A stretch of DNA of 64,000 nucleotides from Trichosphaerium sp. ATCC 40318 (taxonomy: Eukaryota > Protista > Tubulinea), in contig JALMLS010000232.1 in assembly GCA_038496445.1 (NCBI GenBank), forward strand, positions 124,001-188,000, given 5' to 3'. The position numbers and the translations under genes were made by a program. Numbering within the stretch: position 1 is the first letter of the stretch; every line of letters begins with the position of its first letter. The notes under the pieces are model-generated. The model ran no database searches. It was not told the DNA's origin and was given only the letters and a program-made list of their open reading frames with translations. This document shows positions 60,481 through 64,000 of the stretch, in pieces.

Positions 60481-60890
60481 TTGCGTTTTTTTCCTTTAAC
60501 TAACCACTACGGTTACACCACTCCATCCAAATACCATGTTTCTCAAGTTCGGTATTGTAGAGTGTTGATTGCAGCACGTTTTGATAGTTTATGTTCACAT
60601 GATACTTCACAAATAAAATTCAAAGAAACGACCGCCGTTGAAAGGTTGTTAAATAACCAGAAAATCACACAGGTTATTGTTGCTTGTTCAATTGAACACG
60701 TGGACACTGCTGGGATCGACGGAAGATACGATAATTTAAATCTGCATCAAAAACTTTTCAAACAACTTTTAACAACCAACCACGTATTATGACGTACCTT
60801 GCGTAAATTAAGACTAGGAATCTTTACAGACGGCTAATAAATGAAGAGTCCTACGATGAAAATAAGATCAACGTTAAATGTTCAGTCAAC
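60481..60890 (-). pseudogene. Dispersed relic of the MORN-gene 5' region and upstream flank
   Basis: 60481-60593 matches 27341-27452 and 60599-60890 matches ~27650-27942. The ~200 bp in between, which hold the start codon and F-box, are deleted. Confidence 0.8.
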
Positions 60891-61026
60891 TGCAAGATGT
60901 TCACGTAATGTTGTTAAGTCAGGGACGTGGATTTTTCCATTGGTGACGTCTTGGGTTGTTGATAAAATTCGTAAGTTTTTCTCAGTTTCACATAATCAGT
61001 ACGTCAAACTGAACAAGCCATAAGAC

Positions 61027-63005
61027 ATGTCAGAGCCAGAGAAAACAACGCCTCCACCTACAGGTGGCGATAAACCGCAACCTAAACAGCAGAACAAGAA
61101 GCCAAGAGGCAAAAAAGTAAAAAAGGGCAAAAATACAAACAAAGGAGGCAGAGGGCGCTCAAAGTTCCTTATTGAAACGGAAAGTGTCGTTGGTACTCGT
61201 GATTGTTACCCTGATGATATGCGTTTACGCAATTGGCTGTTTGACCACTTCAAGGCTGTTGGTGAGATGTTTGCGTTCCAGGTACGCTAATTAAAAGCGT
61301 TTATAAACAGAAATACTTATCTTTGTAGAATTACGACGCTCCTATCCTTGAATTACAGGAGCTGTACAAGAGAAAAGCCGGTGAAGAAATTACAGACCAA
61401 ATGTATTGCTTTGAAGACAAAGAAAAATATCAGGTCGCTTTACGCCCTGAAATGACGCCGACATTAGCTAGGTTAGCTATTTCGTGAACGATTTGATATT
61501 TTAACGCTAATAAAAACTAACGACGGCTAGAATGATATTGAAGGCTGGAAAACGTATGCTATTCCCTATTCGCTGGTACTCTGTCCCTCAATGCTGGAGA
61601 TTTGAAACTATGACTCGTGGACGCAAACGAGAGCACTACCAATGGAACATGGACATTGTTGGTGTAAAAGACGTACGTTATAAAGCAAGTACAACGTGCA
61701 CTAAGCTTTTTTTTTTGTAGATTTCTGGCGAAGCTGAACTCTTGGCTGCTGTCACAACGTTCTTTATGAGACTAGGACTAACATCAAAAGACGTTGGTAC
61801 GTAATACACGAACAGACAACATAATTTTTTACTTGGTTGTTTCGCGTGTTAGACCCTTTGTACGCGTTTCTTACGCTATCTAGGTATTAAAGTTAACTCT
61901 AGAAAGATCCTACAAATGGTTCTTGAGCCTCTTGGAGTAGTAGGCGATAAGTTCGCTAAAGTTTGCGTCATTGTTGATAAAATGGACAAACTTGAAGCTG
62001 AGGAGGTTGAGAAGCAATTGTTGGACCTAGAACTTGAAGGAAATGTTATTGAAGAGATTACCAAGTCATTGGCTATAAAGTCAATAGAAGAATTGAAAGA
62101 GAGGTTTGGTGAAGACAATGTTGTTGTAAAAGAGTTACAAACATTATGGAAATTAGCTGAAGCTTACGGATATCAAGAATGGTATGTATTTTTGTTTTAT
62201 GTCACGTGATTTCATATATTATATTTATTTATAATAATATTAGGCTTGTATTAGATTGTAGTGTAGTTAGAGGACTTGCTTACTACACTGGTGTCGTTTT
62301 TGAGGCCTTTGATAGGTGTGTATTTTTTTATTGTTGTTTATTTGTTTTCTTTTTCGTTTGCTTGTTCTTTTCTTGCTTTTTTGTTACTTATTTTTGATTC
62401 TAGAGGTGCTACACTCCGTGCTATTTGTGGTGGAGGGCGTTATGATAAGTTATTGAGTATCTATGGCGGTCAGGTATGTATTTTGTGAACTGACATTTTT
62501 TGCTTTTTGAGAAACTTATTTTCTTTAGGATAAACCAGCTTGTGGTTTTGGATTTGGTGATTGCGTAATTATTGAGCTTCTCAAGGACAAAAAGTTATTA
62601 CCAAAACTTGATAGATCAATAGATGACTTTATCATCCCATTCAATGAGGACTTACGCCCTCAAGCATGCAAGGTTGCAGCCAAGTAAGAAACTTTGTAAA
62701 TTTTATCTTAGTCGTAACTTTCTTTACAGATTACGTTCTCAAGGACGTACTGTTGATGTACAACTTATGCCAAAGAAGAGAGTACCTTGGTGTCTCAACT
62801 ATGCTGATCGCGTTGGAGCAGAAAGAGCAATCTTTGTACGTCTTCTGTTTTTGTATCTACAACATGAATAGCAACATCTATCTAACTTCGTTTTTTCTTA
62901 AAGGTTGCCCCTGATGAATGGGCAAATGGAGAAGTTCGTATTAAGTACTTACGTGAAACTGATGAAGCCAAAAAGCAAGTCAACGTCAAATTTGAAGATT
63001 TGTAA
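61027..63005 (+). CDS. HARS: Histidyl-tRNA synthetase
   Basis: Motifs include [63 protein letters not shown] and GFGFGD, plus an anticodon-binding domain. Confidence 0.95.
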
Positions 63006-63266
63006 GAGAAAACAAAAGAAGGCCAATGGTTTGACTGAGATACAAGATAGTTACGATAACAGACAAACAAAAATAAAATTTGCAATTCAACCTTTTCTTC
63101 TCCCTTATCTCGGGGTACAACAATTAACGACCCTTTTCTAAATCAAAAGCTAATGATTTTCTTTGTGACGCAAAACGTGTTTTTCAAGCTGTTCAGAAAT
63201 CTGCGTGAACTTAAACTGTTAAGTGATTGTTTTGCTTTTACTTTTTTTGTGCTTCAAGCGTATACA

Positions 63267-64000
63267 ATGAAAACAGCGTACAGTGTCGTTTTTTGCATTG
63301 TATTGTTGCATGCGTACACACAAACGTTTAAAAAGGGTTCAATAACGATATGGAATACCGAACCAAATACAATACGGTGCTACGGTATATACAGACGGTA
63401 CCATGCGGTTTTCAACGCCTAAACGCTTTTTTTAACAAGTATTGGTATATTCGAGTCTGATGTAACTTAGGACAGAGAAATCGCTCAATAAGGAAGCCGT
63501 TATGGTACCTACAGGATCACAATGTATTCACTACTTGGGTCAAATCACATACCACCTGTCAGACATCAGTTATAGTTTTCTCTACACAGGAGACCTTAAC
63601 GCCACTTACGTTGCAACAAAGTACGTACCACTGTTACTCTTGTTTTTTACAGAAACTTGTAAAGTTGGCTAAACTTTTTTTACAGCACAGTCAAAACAGA
63701 TTCTTTTTTCACTTTTGTGTTAAGAACGGATGCTGAATGGTCTTTGTCCAAAGGTAAGATTTATAGCTTATTTTATTTCTCCACGTGCTACTCAACTGTG
63801 TAATCAAATTCTTTTTCTACAGTACCTGAACTTGGTCAACTTGGAGAAGTTATTGTTGAGATTAAGGCTACAGAGAATAATGAAGTGGAACGAGCACTAA
63901 GTATAAAACAACTTGGCTTAGGTTGGATATCTAGAGAAGCAACAAGAGACAAGTATTATAATGGTCGACGTATTGATATAACTGTAAACCTTCAAATCTA
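63267..64000 (+). CDS. Hypothetical secreted protein, 5' part (runs off window)
   Basis: Signal peptide MKTAYSVVFCIVLLHAYT is followed by short GT-AG introns and open exons. Confidence 0.55.

Noticed and set aside
1-64000. Alternative genetic code or mass pseudogenisation to explain the fragmented ORFs
   Set aside because: In the genes traced, interruptions resolve as short GT-AG (rarely GC-AG) introns, often with CTAAC-like branch points. TAA, TAG and TGA all serve as terminal stops.

Overview
This is AT-rich eukaryotic nuclear DNA, gene-dense, with many very short (mostly ~40-60 nt) GT-AG introns and the standard code. The gene families suggest an amoeboid protist, which is an inference. 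Most supplied ORFs are exon fragments or off-frame/antisense artefacts, so gene models were assembled by hand and outer coordinates are approximate where stated. Housekeeping genes are a class IV sirtuin (partial), a Nudix hydrolase, peroxisomal acyl-CoA oxidase, EMC2, a FAD/Fe-S D-lactate dehydrogenase, a TFIP11-like protein, TFIIF-beta, a RasGEF and HisRS. Accessory content is a 5-copy tandem array of type I surface-protein genes, three intronless repeat-protein genes (two LRR and one MORN-variant, two of them with F-box-like N-termini), relics of the MORN gene, and MITE-like insertions. The most striking observation is a spliced gene at 14389-16747. Its exon 1 encodes a near-perfect histone H3 N-terminal tail (ARTKQTARRSTGGKAPRK, K9R). 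This is fused not to a histone fold but to a MIDAS vWA domain, an NLS and a SAP-like C-terminal module, making it a candidate histone-mimic protein.
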